From contig JAFLDD010000001.1 in NCBI GenBank assembly GCA_017302575.1, positions 1,365,409 through 1,429,408 on the forward strand: DNA of 64,000 nt, in the 5' to 3' direction. Below are positions 17,513 through 26,928 of this stretch, piece after piece (the stretch's first letter is position 1; each line of letters begins with the position of its first letter). A program made the translations under genes and the position numbers. Below the pieces are notes generated by a model, which was not told the origin of the DNA, searched no databases, and saw only the letters and a list, made by a program, of their open reading frames with translations. The stretch is from Alphaproteobacteria bacterium. GTDB taxonomy: Bacteria > Pseudomonadota > Alphaproteobacteria > Rickettsiales > UBA3002.

Positions 17513-17802
17513 AGCGTACCTCTTTTGATGATTTCAGCCTACTCTAACTAGGCTACGCTTTCACTATGAATTTTTATCACACACCCCAAGCCTTGGTATT
17601 ATTTTATGTGCAGGGCACCATATTTTGATAGATTTCGCCAAAATCTTGTGTTCTATTTCCCTTGTGCCGCGGCGGTTCTCGCCGAAGAGCACGGACAGTC
17701 GCTTGGATCAAGTAAGAGGCGTTTGGACCGTGTATCTGCACATCTCTTATTTGTCTGGCTACCGTCGTCACTAAGATCTTTGAGATCACGAAGGGAGTAT
17801 CT

Positions 17803-18300
17803 ATGTCCGCTGTTGCTTTCCAAGAAACCCTGCCTAACCCACTCGATCTTGCTGAAGAACTCATCCAAAACCGTGAATGGCTTTGCGACCGCCCGATTGA
17901 TGAAGAGCTGGTTGCTGAGGTCCAGTCTAGCTGGTGCAATTACCGTATCTGGTTCACGTGGCAGGCCGATTTGGGCGCGCTGATTTTCTCCTGCGCGTTT
18001 GAAACCAAGATTCCCGAAAAGCAACGTGCGAAGCTTTACCCGCTTCTAGCGAAAGTGAATGAGAAAATGTGGTTGGGTCATTTCGACATGGGTGCAGATG
18101 ATGGGCTGATTATGTTCCGTCATGCCATGCTGCTGCGCGGTGGCCAAGGCGCAACGAGTGAGCAGATGGAAGACCTGCTCGACATCGCCATTTCGGAGTG
18201 CAATCGCTTCTATCCTGCTTTCCAATCAGTTATGTGGGGCGGCAATTCGACCGACGAAGCGCTTGAAATCGCATTGATGGACACTGTCGGCGAAGCGTAG
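17803..18300 (+). CDS. YbjN domain-containing protein
   Basis: NPLDLAEE..NEKMWLGHFD..FRH..ECNRFYPAFQ; ubiK-ybjN-proC context; AGGGAG RBS. Confidence 0.88.
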   Translation: MSAVAFQETLPNPLDLAEELIQNREWLCDRPIDEELVAEVQSSWCNYRIWFTWQADLGALIFSCAFETKIPEKQRAKLYPLLAKVNEKMWLGHFDMGADDGLIMFRHAMLLRGGQGATSEQMEDLLDIAISECNRFYPAFQSVMWGGNSTDEALEIALMDTVGEA

Positions 18301-18313
18301 GCGTTTTGAATTA

Positions 18314-18357
18314 TGAGGGGGTCTTACCCCCTCAATGACTCCCCCGCCGCTAGCGGC
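18314..18357. repeat. GC-rich hairpin cluster, REP-like, single copy in window
   Basis: TGAGGGGG-TCTTA-CCCCCTCA and palindrome GCCGCTAGCGGC; no U-tract. Confidence 0.4.
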
Positions 18358-18437
18358 TCGCGCAGCTTACGGCGCTACGCAACTTTAATAAAATTGAAGC
18401 TATCGACTAACGTGTTTTCGCACGCTACAATCCGTGG

Positions 18438-19211
18438 ATGGAATTCACGAGTGAACATCCTTTGCTGATTATCGGCGGTGGCAATATGGGCACGGCGCTG
18501 GCGACACGCTGGCGGCAATGGTCGCCTCTGGTGGTCGAATCAAGTTCCCTGCGGCGCGGCATTCTCAAAGATGAGGGAATAGAAAGCATCGAGTCGCTGG
18601 CGGCTCTTACTACACCACCGCGCGCTGCCGTATTAGCGGTAAAGCCGCAAAGCTATCATGAGATCAAGCCCGCGCTTGCCAAGTGGCCCAATGATACGCT
18701 GGTCATATCCATTATGGCGGGCGTGCCATTAGGTGCGCTACCTAAGAACAGCGTGCGCGTGATGCCCAATACACCCGCTTTGGTTGGACAGGGCATGAGT
18801 GTGTGTTGTGGGCCGACTATTGCGGAAGAAGATCAGCGCATCGTACAGGACTTGTTCGCCGCAGGCGGTGAAGTGTGCTGGGTGAACGACGAAGAGCAAA
18901 TGCATGCGGTGACCGCTATTTCTGGTTCGGGCCCCGCTTATGTCTTTGCATTCATGGAGGCGTTAGAGCGTGCCGCTATTCATCTGGGCCTTGATGCGCA
19001 GACGGCACATCTTCTCGTCAAACAAACGGTGTTTGGTTCGGCATGCATGGCGAATACACCCTTCGCCGATGTGAGCAAACTGCGCGAGCAAGTCACCAGC
19101 AAAGGCGGCACAACCGAGGCAGCACTTGCTGTATTATTGCCGTCCCTCCAGACGCTTATAGAAGCCACAGCCCAAGCCGCAGAAAGCCGCTCAAAAGCCT
19201 TAAGTTCCTAA
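18438..19211 (+). CDS. proC: Pyrroline-5-carboxylate reductase
   Basis: IGGGNMG, AVKPQ, VRVMPNTP, TAISGSGPAY, VTSKGGTT. Confidence 0.97.
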   Translation: MEFTSEHPLLIIGGGNMGTALATRWRQWSPLVVESSSLRRGILKDEGIESIESLAALTTPPRAAVLAVKPQSYHEIKPALAKWPNDTLVISIMAGVPLGALPKNSVRVMPNTPALVGQGMSVCCGPTIAEEDQRIVQDLFAAGGEVCWVNDEEQMHAVTAISGSGPAYVFAFMEALERAAIHLGLDAQTAHLLVKQTVFGSACMANTPFADVSKLREQVTSKGGTTEAALAVLLPSLQTLIEATAQAAESRSKALSS

Positions 19212-19227
19212 ATCTGCGAAGTATTTG

Positions 19228-19285
19228 TGCAATGCACAATTAGGGTTGACAAGGGCGGATTCCCTCACTATATTGCAATGCAACA
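19228..19285 (+). promoter_or_regulatory. Phasin sigma70 promoter flanked by two PhaR-type boxes
   Basis: TGCAATGCACAA (19228-19239), TTGACA (19246-19251)-N17-TATATT (19269-19274), TGCAATGCAACA (19274-19285). Confidence 0.8.
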
Positions 19286-19332
19286 AAGCTGCACGGTGTA
19301 GCTTTTACTGGAACAATGAGATGGAGATGACC

Positions 19333-19785
19333 ATGGCTACCCAAAACCCTTTCGCGGATGCGATGAAATTCTGGAGCGATTTTAAAGCTCCTCAAATGCC
19401 TGCTATGCCTGCGTTCGACATGAACAGCGTAGCATCGTTCAACCGCCGCAACGCAGAAGCTGCTTCGGCTGCTTCACAAGCACTGGCTGAAAGCGCGCAA
19501 GCAATTGCACGTCGCCAAGCGGAAGTTGCACGCTCACATGTTGAGAAAGTGCTTAAGACCACCAAAGACATGCTGACCGGTGGTTCACCTGAAGTGAACA
19601 CTGCAAAGCAAGTTGAACTTGCAAAAACCTTCTTCGAGAACTCGCTCAGCAACCTGCGCGAAGTTTCGGAATTGGTAAGCAAGTCTGGCTTCGAGGCGTT
19701 TGATGTAATCAACCGTCGCGCTGCTGAAAGCCTGGATGAAATGACCAGCTTCACGGCAAAGCCTTCAAAGAAAAACGCTGCTTAG
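19333..19785 (+). CDS. phaP: Phasin family protein (PHA granule-associated)
   Basis: NRRNAEA..AQAIARRQAE..KQVELAK..NLREVSELVSKS..AFDVINRR phasin pattern; GGAG RBS before ATG 19333. Confidence 0.88.
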   Translation: MATQNPFADAMKFWSDFKAPQMPAMPAFDMNSVASFNRRNAEAASAASQALAESAQAIARRQAEVARSHVEKVLKTTKDMLTGGSPEVNTAKQVELAKTFFENSLSNLREVSELVSKSGFEAFDVINRRAAESLDEMTSFTAKPSKKNAA

Positions 19786-19814
19786 TTTTAAGTTCGCTCA
19801 GGCGGCGCTTAGCT

Positions 19815-19847
19815 TTACGTCCTCAACGGACGTCGAAGCGTCGGTTT
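19815..19847. repeat. Palindromic intergenic repeat, family A, copy 2
   Basis: TTACGTCCTCAACGGACGTCGAAGCGTCGGTTT, near-identical to 2370-2403. Confidence 0.75.
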
Positions 19848-19877
19848 GTAGCGAAGATAGGTTAGCAACAAATGGAG

Positions 19878-19908
19878 CGCCTCGTGGAAACACGGGGCGT
19901 TTTATTTT
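19878..19908 (+). terminator. Rho-independent terminator after phaP
   Basis: CGCCTCGTG-GAAA-CACGGGGCG followed by TTTTATTTT. Confidence 0.8.
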
Positions 19909-21257
19909 ACCATCGCGCGCGGTAGGCGCACGGTGACTTCAAGGCCTAGGATTTTGCCCTTAGCGTCTTTCTGATTCTCTAACGTGATGTCGCCGCCATG
20001 GCTTTGAGCAACGTCACGGGCGATGGAAAGCCCAAGCCCCACACCCCCTGTTTTGACATTGCGCGAAGATTCAAGACGCAAGAATGGTTTAAATACATCT
20101 TGCTGTTGTGCGTCGGGAATCCCTTCCCCCTCATCCAACACTTTGACGCGTACAAATGTTGTACTGACTTCAAGCGACACATGCGCTTTCTTGCCATAAC
20201 GAAGCGCATTATCAATGAGGTTCTGCAGACAGCGCCGCAGGGCTTGGGGGCGCGCATTTAGCATTACCGCTTCACAAGGGGCGAGGCTCACTGCGCGGGA
20301 TTGGCGCGTGTAATTCTCGACAATATCGGCAAGCAACATGTGAATCTGCACGGGCTCCATCGTCTCGCCAGCATCGCCGCGCGCGAAGTCCAGATACTCG
20401 TCAATCATGTGGCGCATTTCTTCAATATCTGCATGCAGCGCGTCTCGCGTTTGAGGGTCAATCTTCCCCATTTCGATTTCGAGTTTCATGCGCGTGAGTG
20501 GTGTACGCAAATCATGCGAGATGCCCGCGAGCATTTCGGTGCGCGACTGAATGGCGCGGCGCACCCTGTCGGCCATCGTTGTGAAAGCCCGACCTGCGCG
20601 GCGCACTTCACTGGCGCCACGCGGCGCGTATCCTTGCACGTCTTGCCCTAGTCCAAATTGCTCAGCAACACGTGCGAGCTGCACAATCGGGCGAATCTGG
20701 TTACGCAAGAACATAACCGCGATTGCCGTAAGCAACAGCGCGGTACCAACCATCCATAGAATAAAAATGTACGTGGTGGAGCTAGCAAGGCGCTTGCGAT
20801 CCATGCTGATACGCAAAATGCCAACATCCGTTTTCACGTTGACGCGCACTTGTTTACCAGAAGATGATTCGCTCACGCGGACGGGAAAATCGATAACCCT
20901 ATCGAGGTTTGAGCGAAATTCACGAAAACGAAATGCGTCCGTGTTGGGGCCCATCGTTGCGTTGTTGGCACGGTCCAGCCATAGGCGCATACCCATGCCC
21001 ATAGCGAGTGGCTCCATGCGTTCCATCGCTGCTTCGCTACCAAGCAAAATACGGTTGCGCTCAAATTCATTCACCAGCAGCGCTACGTTCCCTGATGCAG
21101 CAGAGGACAAATTCCGTACCACCGAATCCCAGTGGCGCTCATAGAAAATATAGGCAATCATGAGTTGCAAGATCACTACAGGCACGATGAGAATCATCAG
21201 CGCACGGCCAAATAAACTAGTGGGCAAAAACCGCTTAATGAGACGACCAATGCTCAT
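19902..21257 (-). CDS. EnvZ-like HAMP-domain sensor histidine kinase
   Basis: Two TMs, HAMP, H-box ISHDLRTPLTR, N-box NLIDNALRYG, DEGEGIP, GVGLGLSI. Confidence 0.93.
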   Translation of the reverse strand: MSIGRLIKRFLPTSLFGRALMILIVPVVILQLMIAYIFYERHWDSVVRNLSSAASGNVALLVNEFERNRILLGSEAAMERMEPLAMGMGMRLWLDRANNATMGPNTDAFRFREFRSNLDRVIDFPVRVSESSSGKQVRVNVKTDVGILRISMDRKRLASSTTYIFILWMVGTALLLTAIAVMFLRNQIRPIVQLARVAEQFGLGQDVQGYAPRGASEVRRAGRAFTTMADRVRRAIQSRTEMLAGISHDLRTPLTRMKLEIEMGKIDPQTRDALHADIEEMRHMIDEYLDFARGDAGETMEPVQIHMLLADIVENYTRQSRAVSLAPCEAVMLNARPQALRRCLQNLIDNALRYGKKAHVSLEVSTTFVRVKVLDEGEGIPDAQQQDVFKPFLRLESSRNVKTGGVGLGLSIARDVAQSHGGDITLENQKDAKGKILGLEVTVRLPRAMVK

Positions 21258-21949
21258 ACGCCATCCGTATAGAGAACATAGCCTTCATGACGAATAGTCT
21301 GAATGAATGCGGGTTTGCTAGGATTAGTTTCGATTTTTTTGCGCAGGCGATTAATCTGCACATCGATCGAACGCTCATTATGCACGTCACCGATCAACGC
21401 CGCCATGCGCTCGCGTGCCACAGGTTGGCCAGCATGTTGCGCGAGAATTTTCAAACATGCCTGCTCACTCGTGGTGAGATATACAGGGCCGTCTTGGTGT
21501 AATAATCTTCCCGTATCGAGCGAGAATTTATATGGACCGAAGCGCACAGCGCTGCTTGGTGCTTGTTTTTGGGTGCGGGCAATAAGCTTCTCTAGACGCA
21601 GCGCTAATTCACGCGGTGCAAAGGGCTTGGCCAAATAATCTTCGGCACCTGCTTCCAGCCCCTCAATGCGCTCGTCTTGCTCACCGCGCGCAGTAAGCAT
21701 TAATACGGGCACATCGCGCCCCTCGCGCTTGAGGCGACGCGCATAATCTGTTCCCTGCTCGCCTGGCATCATTACGTCGAGCACCACAGCATCCAGCGCA
21801 AAGACTTTCATCAACTGGTCGGCCTGCTTAGTGTCGGCCGCCGTGGATATATGGTAGCCCTGCTCGCTTAAATATTGCTGCAGCAATTGGCGCAGTCGAT
21901 CATCATCATCGACCACTAAAACATGCTGTGCTGTTGTTGCTGCTGTCAT
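21254..21949 (-). CDS. OmpR-family response regulator
   Basis: VLVVDDD, LDVMMPG, MLTARG, YLAKPF, winged helix RSIDVQINRLRKKIE. Start refined to 21949 (ATGA overlap with smr). Confidence 0.93.
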   Translation of the reverse strand: MTAATTAQHVLVVDDDDRLRQLLQQYLSEQGYHISTAADTKQADQLMKVFALDAVVLDVMMPGEQGTDYARRLKREGRDVPVLMLTARGEQDERIEGLEAGAEDYLAKPFAPRELALRLEKLIARTQKQAPSSAVRFGPYKFSLDTGRLLHQDGPVYLTTSEQACLKILAQHAGQPVARERMAALIGDVHNERSIDVQINRLRKKIETNPSKPAFIQTIRHEGYVLYTDGV

Positions 21950-22392
21950 CTCTTCCGTTTCATGAGTACGCGGTACGCGCCCTCGCCGCCTTCTTTGGGC
22001 GTAGCATAGGTCAGCGCAAGAATGAAGGGGCGAAGTGATGGTACGTCCAACCATTTGGGCACGGCAGCACGTAAAACGCCTTTTCCCTTACCCGTAATAA
22101 TCAAAAGGGTGCGTATTTCACTGGCGATGGCGGCCTTCATGAACCGCGTTAAGGCGCGGTGAGCGGCGTCTTCACTCATGCCATGCAAGTCGAGAGTTGC
22201 TTCGATGGTAGCCTTAAGGCGCTTAGCATCAATAGCTGCGGTATGTCCGAGCTCAATGGGCCGCGTAGCGGCTGATTTTTTAACCGGTGCGGCAGCCAGT
22301 ACCTGCTTTTTAGGAGCGGAGGCTTTTGGTTTTTGGCCGTTTTCGATGAGCCATTCCTCACGCTCTTGCTCTGTGAGGTCGCGCTTTTTCAT
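21946..22392 (-). CDS. Smr/MutS2 domain protein
   Basis: LDLHGM, IITGKG, GGEGAYRV. Confidence 0.92.
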   Translation of the reverse strand: MKKRDLTEQEREEWLIENGQKPKASAPKKQVLAAAPVKKSAATRPIELGHTAAIDAKRLKATIEATLDLHGMSEDAAHRALTRFMKAAIASEIRTLLIITGKGKGVLRAAVPKWLDVPSLRPFILALTYATPKEGGEGAYRVLMKRKR

Positions 22393-23490
22393 TTAGAATA
22401 CATCTAAAAATTTGAGGCCCACGCCTTGCGTATTAGGCAAAAGCCAGAAGACTTTACCCAAAGCATTTTGGTGACCCGCCTGCCATTCTTCCAATTCACC
22501 GCGACCAAAAAAGATATCGCCGCGATGCGCGCCTATAAGCGCCCCGCCCGTATCTTGTGCGACCAAGAGTCGTTGATAAGGGGCTTCATATCCCCGTGCA
22601 TTATGGCTCATGGTGGCAATGTAGATCGGCACGCCATAAGTTGAACGCTCATCATCCACGGCGAGGGAACGACCTGCAGTGAGCGGTATGCCAAGCGCGC
22701 CTTTTGCCATTTGGTCCCCTGGTGATTTCTTGAAGAAAATGTAGGACGGGTTCGTATTCATGATGCGTTGCGCATCGCGTGGGTTAGCATAAAGCCAGTC
22801 ACGAATGGTCTGCATGGTGACTTCTTCGAGCAGCCCCTCCTCCTTCATGACGCGGCCAATCGCAATGTAGTTATGCCCGTTCTGCCCCGCATAATTAATG
22901 CCGACGATGCGCCCGTCTGGCAGGCGCACTTTGCCCGAGCCTTGAATATGTAAAAAGAACAGCATGACAGGATCATCAACGTAGAGCAGCACAGGCGCAC
23001 GCCCACGCAGCGCGCCTGCCTCTATCGCCGCACGTGATGGGTAGGTTGAGCCGCTTGGCATGCCATACACTGGGGTTTGGTAGCGCCCTTCCCGTTTGAG
23101 CGAGCCTCGCAGAAGTGGTTCGTAATACCCCGTCAGACGGCCTTTGTCGCTTGATGGAGTGGTAATTCGGTAAGGGGTGAAATTCGCTTCGAAAAACTTA
23201 CGCGCCTCACCATCGGTTGGGTTAGCGAAGCGATAGGTCAAGGCGCAAACATTTCGCCACGCTGTACGATCACCAATCACATTACCCGCTTTGGTCACAT
23301 AGGCGCTGGGGCGCTTATCATTCACACGGCAGGAATCGACAAAGACTTTGTAGGCTTCTGCATGCTTGTCGCTGCTCCAGCCCGGCATGTCGCTGTAACT
23401 TGCTTGGGTAAGAATGGCTTTATGTGGGTCACCCTCATAGCCAGCGCAGGCGGTGAGGAGAATAAGGGATAAAAGAACAAGATGTTTCAT
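22393..23490 (-). CDS. mltA: Membrane-bound lytic murein transglycosylase A
   Basis: Lipobox LTAC, TGYYEP, IQGSG, NPSYIFF, RSLAVD, QDTGGA, DIFFG. Confidence 0.95.
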   Translation of the reverse strand: MKHLVLLSLILLTACAGYEGDPHKAILTQASYSDMPGWSSDKHAEAYKVFVDSCRVNDKRPSAYVTKAGNVIGDRTAWRNVCALTYRFANPTDGEARKFFEANFTPYRITTPSSDKGRLTGYYEPLLRGSLKREGRYQTPVYGMPSGSTYPSRAAIEAGALRGRAPVLLYVDDPVMLFFLHIQGSGKVRLPDGRIVGINYAGQNGHNYIAIGRVMKEEGLLEEVTMQTIRDWLYANPRDAQRIMNTNPSYIFFKKSPGDQMAKGALGIPLTAGRSLAVDDERSTYGVPIYIATMSHNARGYEAPYQRLLVAQDTGGALIGAHRGDIFFGRGELEEWQAGHQNALGKVFWLLPNTQGVGLKFLDVF

Positions 23491-23542
23491 GCGCCGAGTA
23501 AACTGGATTTACCACATGGCGTGAATGATAAAGTGATGGAAA

Positions 23543-24214
23543 TCAGGTTTCTACAACCATCCAGTTCGGACTTGAGGATGTTAAGTCACGCTCAAATACC
23601 CATTCATCGTCCATCAGATCAATGTCGGACGGATTGCCTTGGCTGATAGCTCCCGATGCATCGCGTACCACATGGATTTGCTCGCTGTCGAATTTCACGG
23701 TGATGCGTGCCTTTTTGCCATGAAGCGTGGCATGGGTGATGTCGGCCTTGTTGATGGCCACGAGTGTGGTTTGGTGGGTCACGTTTTGCTGCTTTTGTGT
23801 TTCGATTGCTTCGTTGAAGTTTTCGTACACATCACTTGCGAGTAGCATTTTTAATGTTTCGTGGTCGCGCTCGTTGAAGGCTTTAATCACCATCTCAAAA
23901 GCCATTTTTGCGCCTGTCACGAAATCTTCGGGTGAAAATTCAGCATCAATATTGCGCATTTGCTTGAAGGAAATTGCCAGCATCTCAGGGTAGGAAGTTT
24001 CGGGTTGTTCGGCTTTTTTGGCAGCTTCGCGCTCGACGAGCTTTACAATCGGCTCCATCGCGGCGGCGGCGGCTTTTTGCCGCTCCTGCTGAGTGCGTTG
24101 GATTTCGGAAGGGTCACGCCCTGCGTCAGAACCAAGCATAGAGCGGTAGCGCAGAATCACAAAAGCAGCGATTGCGCCGATCACGATAATGTCGCCGTAT
24201 TGGAAGCCTTCCAC
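23543..24214 (-). CDS. Tim44/TimA family adaptor protein
   Basis: DIIVIGAIAAFVILRYRSMLG, F..GAKMAFEMVIKAF, WVFERD...W. GTG start inferred at 24214. Confidence 0.9.
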   Translation of the reverse strand: MEGFQYGDIIVIGAIAAFVILRYRSMLGSDAGRDPSEIQRTQQERQKAAAAAMEPIVKLVEREAAKKAEQPETSYPEMLAISFKQMRNIDAEFSPEDFVTGAKMAFEMVIKAFNERDHETLKMLLASDVYENFNEAIETQKQQNVTHQTTLVAINKADITHATLHGKKARITVKFDSEQIHVVRDASGAISQGNPSDIDLMDDEWVFERDLTSSSPNWMVVET

Positions 24215-24281
24215 GCAATTTCTCCTAGCAATAATAGCACGGCTGATATAGAGACAAGCGCGAATAATTACAAGGATAGTT

Positions 24282-24737
24282 ATGAACACAGCGCCCGAAA
24301 CAGCACCTGAGCAGCCCGCCGCAATTGCCCTGCGCGCGCAATATGTTAAGGACCTCTCGTTTGAAAATCCCAAGGCCCCACAGAGCCTGTTCACACTCAA
24401 AGAGCCGCCTACCATGGAAGTGGCGGTGAACCTTGGTGCGCAACGACTCGACCAAGATGTGTTCGAGCTTTCCATTCATATTAATGCACGCGCAATTGCA
24501 GAGAACACCACCGTATTCATGGCGGATTTAACCTATGCGGGCGTGTTGGAAATTAAAGGTATTCCTGAAGATGCGATTGAACAAATCGTGTTCATTCAGG
24601 GTGCGTTCCTGATTTATCCGTTTGCGCGCCGCGTGATTTCGGATGTGACGCGTGATGGTGGTTTCCCGCCTCTGCAAATGGAGCCGATTGATTTCTTCGC
24701 GCTCTATCAACAAAATCGCGCAAAGCCTGCCGCTTAA
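24282..24737 (+). CDS. secB: Protein-export chaperone SecB
   Basis: QYVKDLSFENP, IYPFARRVI, GGFPPLQMEPIDF. Confidence 0.97.
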   Translation: MNTAPETAPEQPAAIALRAQYVKDLSFENPKAPQSLFTLKEPPTMEVAVNLGAQRLDQDVFELSIHINARAIAENTTVFMADLTYAGVLEIKGIPEDAIEQIVFIQGAFLIYPFARRVISDVTRDGGFPPLQMEPIDFFALYQQNRAKPAA

Positions 24738-25417
24738 GCTGCGCTCCAAATCGGGTTTTTAAGTTTCTCTAGCATGGTGCGGTGCGCCGCCAGCTCTTCC
24801 GCCGTGGGCGGAAAATGGCGGGTGGGAATATCGGTATGGCCCGTGAACGCGAGATCTATTTCATCATTGCTGCGCGTTTCTTCTTCCTTCAACGACAAGA
24901 CGGCCTGCCGTCCGCCACGCAGTTCCAGATACACGTCTGCCAGTAATTCTGAGTCAAGCAGCGCGCCGTGTTTGGTGCGGGTGGAAAGGTCGATGTTGAA
25001 ACGCTTACAAAGCGCATCGAGGCTCGCGGGTTGGCCTGGGAATTTCTGACGCGCCATAAGCACGGTATCGAGCGCACGGCTCATATCAAGGGCAGCAAAC
25101 CCTGCTGATTCCAATTCCGCATTGATGAATTTCATATCAAAGGCGGCGTTATGAATAACGAGCGGCGAATCGCCGATGAATTCCAGAAATGAGGCGGCGA
25201 TGGTTTTGAAAAGCGGCTTATCACTTAGAAAACTACTGGACAGACCATGGACCCGCTCTGCTTCTGGCGGCATATCGCGCTCAGGATTGAGGTAGGTTTG
25301 GAAATGATTGCCAGTACGGATGTGATTGATCAGCTCCACGCAGCCTATTTCTACGACTCTATGACCAGAATAGGGGTCAAGACCGGTGGTCTCTGTGTCT
25401 AAAACGATTTCGCGCAT
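24734..25417 (-). CDS. dnaQ: DNA polymerase III subunit epsilon
   Basis: LDTETTG, HNAAFD, HGALLDSELLA (DEDDh). Confidence 0.97.
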   Translation of the reverse strand: MREIVLDTETTGLDPYSGHRVVEIGCVELINHIRTGNHFQTYLNPERDMPPEAERVHGLSSSFLSDKPLFKTIAASFLEFIGDSPLVIHNAAFDMKFINAELESAGFAALDMSRALDTVLMARQKFPGQPASLDALCKRFNIDLSTRTKHGALLDSELLADVYLELRGGRQAVLSLKEEETRSNDEIDLAFTGHTDIPTRHFPPTAEELAAHRTMLEKLKNPIWSAA

Positions 25418-25463
25418 GGCGCTCCTTAAATGCTTCAGACATCGTCATGCTGACTAGTCCTTC

Positions 25464-25515
25464 GCGTGGCTTCGCCAGCTCACGGCTGACTTGATTCTAC
25501 TGAATCTCGAATAAC
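25464..25515. repeat. Intergenic repeat, family B, copy 2
   Basis: GCGTG..CAGCTCACGGCTG..GATTC-TACT-GAATC..CTCGAATAAC; compare 4692-4739. Confidence 0.55.
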
Positions 25516-25519
25516 AAGA

Positions 25520-26107
25520 TTAACGCAACCCCAACTCGCGCAATAGTAGCTCGACGCGCCTGCGAGTAAAGGCTTTGCCTAGTGTTGTGGGGATAACTAC
25601 GTCCGCAAGCAGGTTGCGCGTGACCTCGTCTAACTGACGAGCGACGAGGCGGTCGAATTTTTCGCCCGTCATTCCCTTTCGCAAGAACGCGCGCTTACGA
25701 CGCATGTCGAGTGGAGCGGCTGCGCTGATAACGATATCGCAGAGCGCTTCTGCCCCCGATTCAAACAGTAGGGGGATGTCCAAAATTACGGCGCGGCGGT
25801 TTTGTCTAACCGATTGTTTTAGTGCTGCTAATTCGGCTTCACGCACGGCGGGGTGAAGGACCATTTCTAGTGCGATAAGCGCCGCCTTATCTTTGGCGAC
25901 GATGGCGCCAAGCGCTGAGCGGTCAACGGCGCCGTTCTTAATCGCGGAGGGAAAGATTTGGGCGATTTCGCTGATGACGCTGGGTGTTTTCATGAGCCCA
26001 TGAACCAGCACGTCTGCATCGACATGGGTGATTCCGCGCTGTGCCATCATGCGGGCAATGGTTGATTTGCCTGAAGCAATTCCGCCTGTGATGCCAATCA
26101 CAATCAT
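25520..26107 (-). CDS. coaE: Dephospho-CoA kinase
   Basis: IGITGGIASGKST, DAD, LHPAV, DIPLLFE. Start refined to 26107. Confidence 0.96.
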   Translation of the reverse strand: MIVIGITGGIASGKSTIARMMAQRGITHVDADVLVHGLMKTPSVISEIAQIFPSAIKNGAVDRSALGAIVAKDKAALIALEMVLHPAVREAELAALKQSVRQNRRAVILDIPLLFESGAEALCDIVISAAAPLDMRRKRAFLRKGMTGEKFDRLVARQLDEVTRNLLADVVIPTTLGKAFTRRRVELLLRELGLR

Positions 26108-26928
26108 GCAATCTTCTCTATCACATGCGCGCGAAGCGCGCCCGTTACTTTTGGCTCCACCCCATGCCATAACGCAAACGCTTTCTGCGCCTGATAGAGC
26201 AACATGCCCAACCCATCGACAGTGGCAAATCCCTGCTCACTCGCTTCTTCCAGCAATCGCGTTTGTAGCGGCGCATAGACAATGTCGTGCACGGCAGCAT
26301 GGTCGGCAAGCTCGCTAATATCGATGATAAGCGGGTCTTTACCCTGCATGCCCAACACGGTGGTATTAATTAGCAATGTTGTGCCTGAAAATATCTTGTT
26401 ATTCACAGGCCAATGCTCTGTTTCACAATTAAATTCTTTGGCCAGCGCTGCGGCAGTTTGGACGGTGCGGTTAATGATGGTTACGCGCTTTGCGCCTGCA
26501 TCTTTAAGAGATAAAAGCACTGCTCGCGCCGCCCCTCCCGCACCTAATACGACGACCCGCTCCAAATAGGGTTCGAGATTTCCCAACCCTTCTTTCAGAT
26601 TAGTGATGAAGCCGTATGAGTCGGTATTAATGCCAATGAGCTTACCCGATCTATTCAGCACTGTGTTCACAGCGCCGATACGTCTGGCGGTTTCGTCTAT
26701 CTCATCCAGAAACGGCATGAGCGCTTGCTTATGTGGAACCGTGCTGTTGAAGCCGCGCACGGCTTCATCGCGCAGTTTACGCATGGTATCGCCCAATTGC
26801 TCGGGCGGCGTATCCCACAACTCGTAGTCGCCTTTGATGCCATATTGCGCCATCCAATAGCGGTGGATTTGTGGTGAGAGCGAGTGTTTCACGGGATGAC
26901 CTATCAACCCTGTGCGCAGACTAGTCAT
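26104..26928 (-). CDS. aroE: Shikimate dehydrogenase
   Basis: HSLSP, NSTVPHK, GAVNT, NTDSYGF, GAGGAARA, GLGMLLYQA. Confidence 0.97.
   Translation of the reverse strand: MTSLRTGLIGHPVKHSLSPQIHRYWMAQYGIKGDYELWDTPPEQLGDTMRKLRDEAVRGFNSTVPHKQALMPFLDEIDETARRIGAVNTVLNRSGKLIGINTDSYGFITNLKEGLGNLEPYLERVVVLGAGGAARAVLLSLKDAGAKRVTIINRTVQTAAALAKEFNCETEHWPVNNKIFSGTTLLINTTVLGMQGKDPLIIDISELADHAAVHDIVYAPLQTRLLEEASEQGFATVDGLGMLLYQAQKAFALWHGVEPKVTGALRAHVIEKIA

Noticed and set aside
17607-17618. PhaR-like TGCAGGGCACCA between the pilin gene and ybjN
   Set aside because: Mismatch in the core palindrome and no clear promoter overlap.
17604-18024. Overlapping ORFs of 111-125 aa upstream of and across ybjN
   Set aside because: No motifs, and they overlap the well-supported ybjN gene and its leader.
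26885-26893. parS-like TGTTTCACG (and CGTGAAACA at 44664-44672)
   Set aside because: Half-sites only, inside coding sequence.
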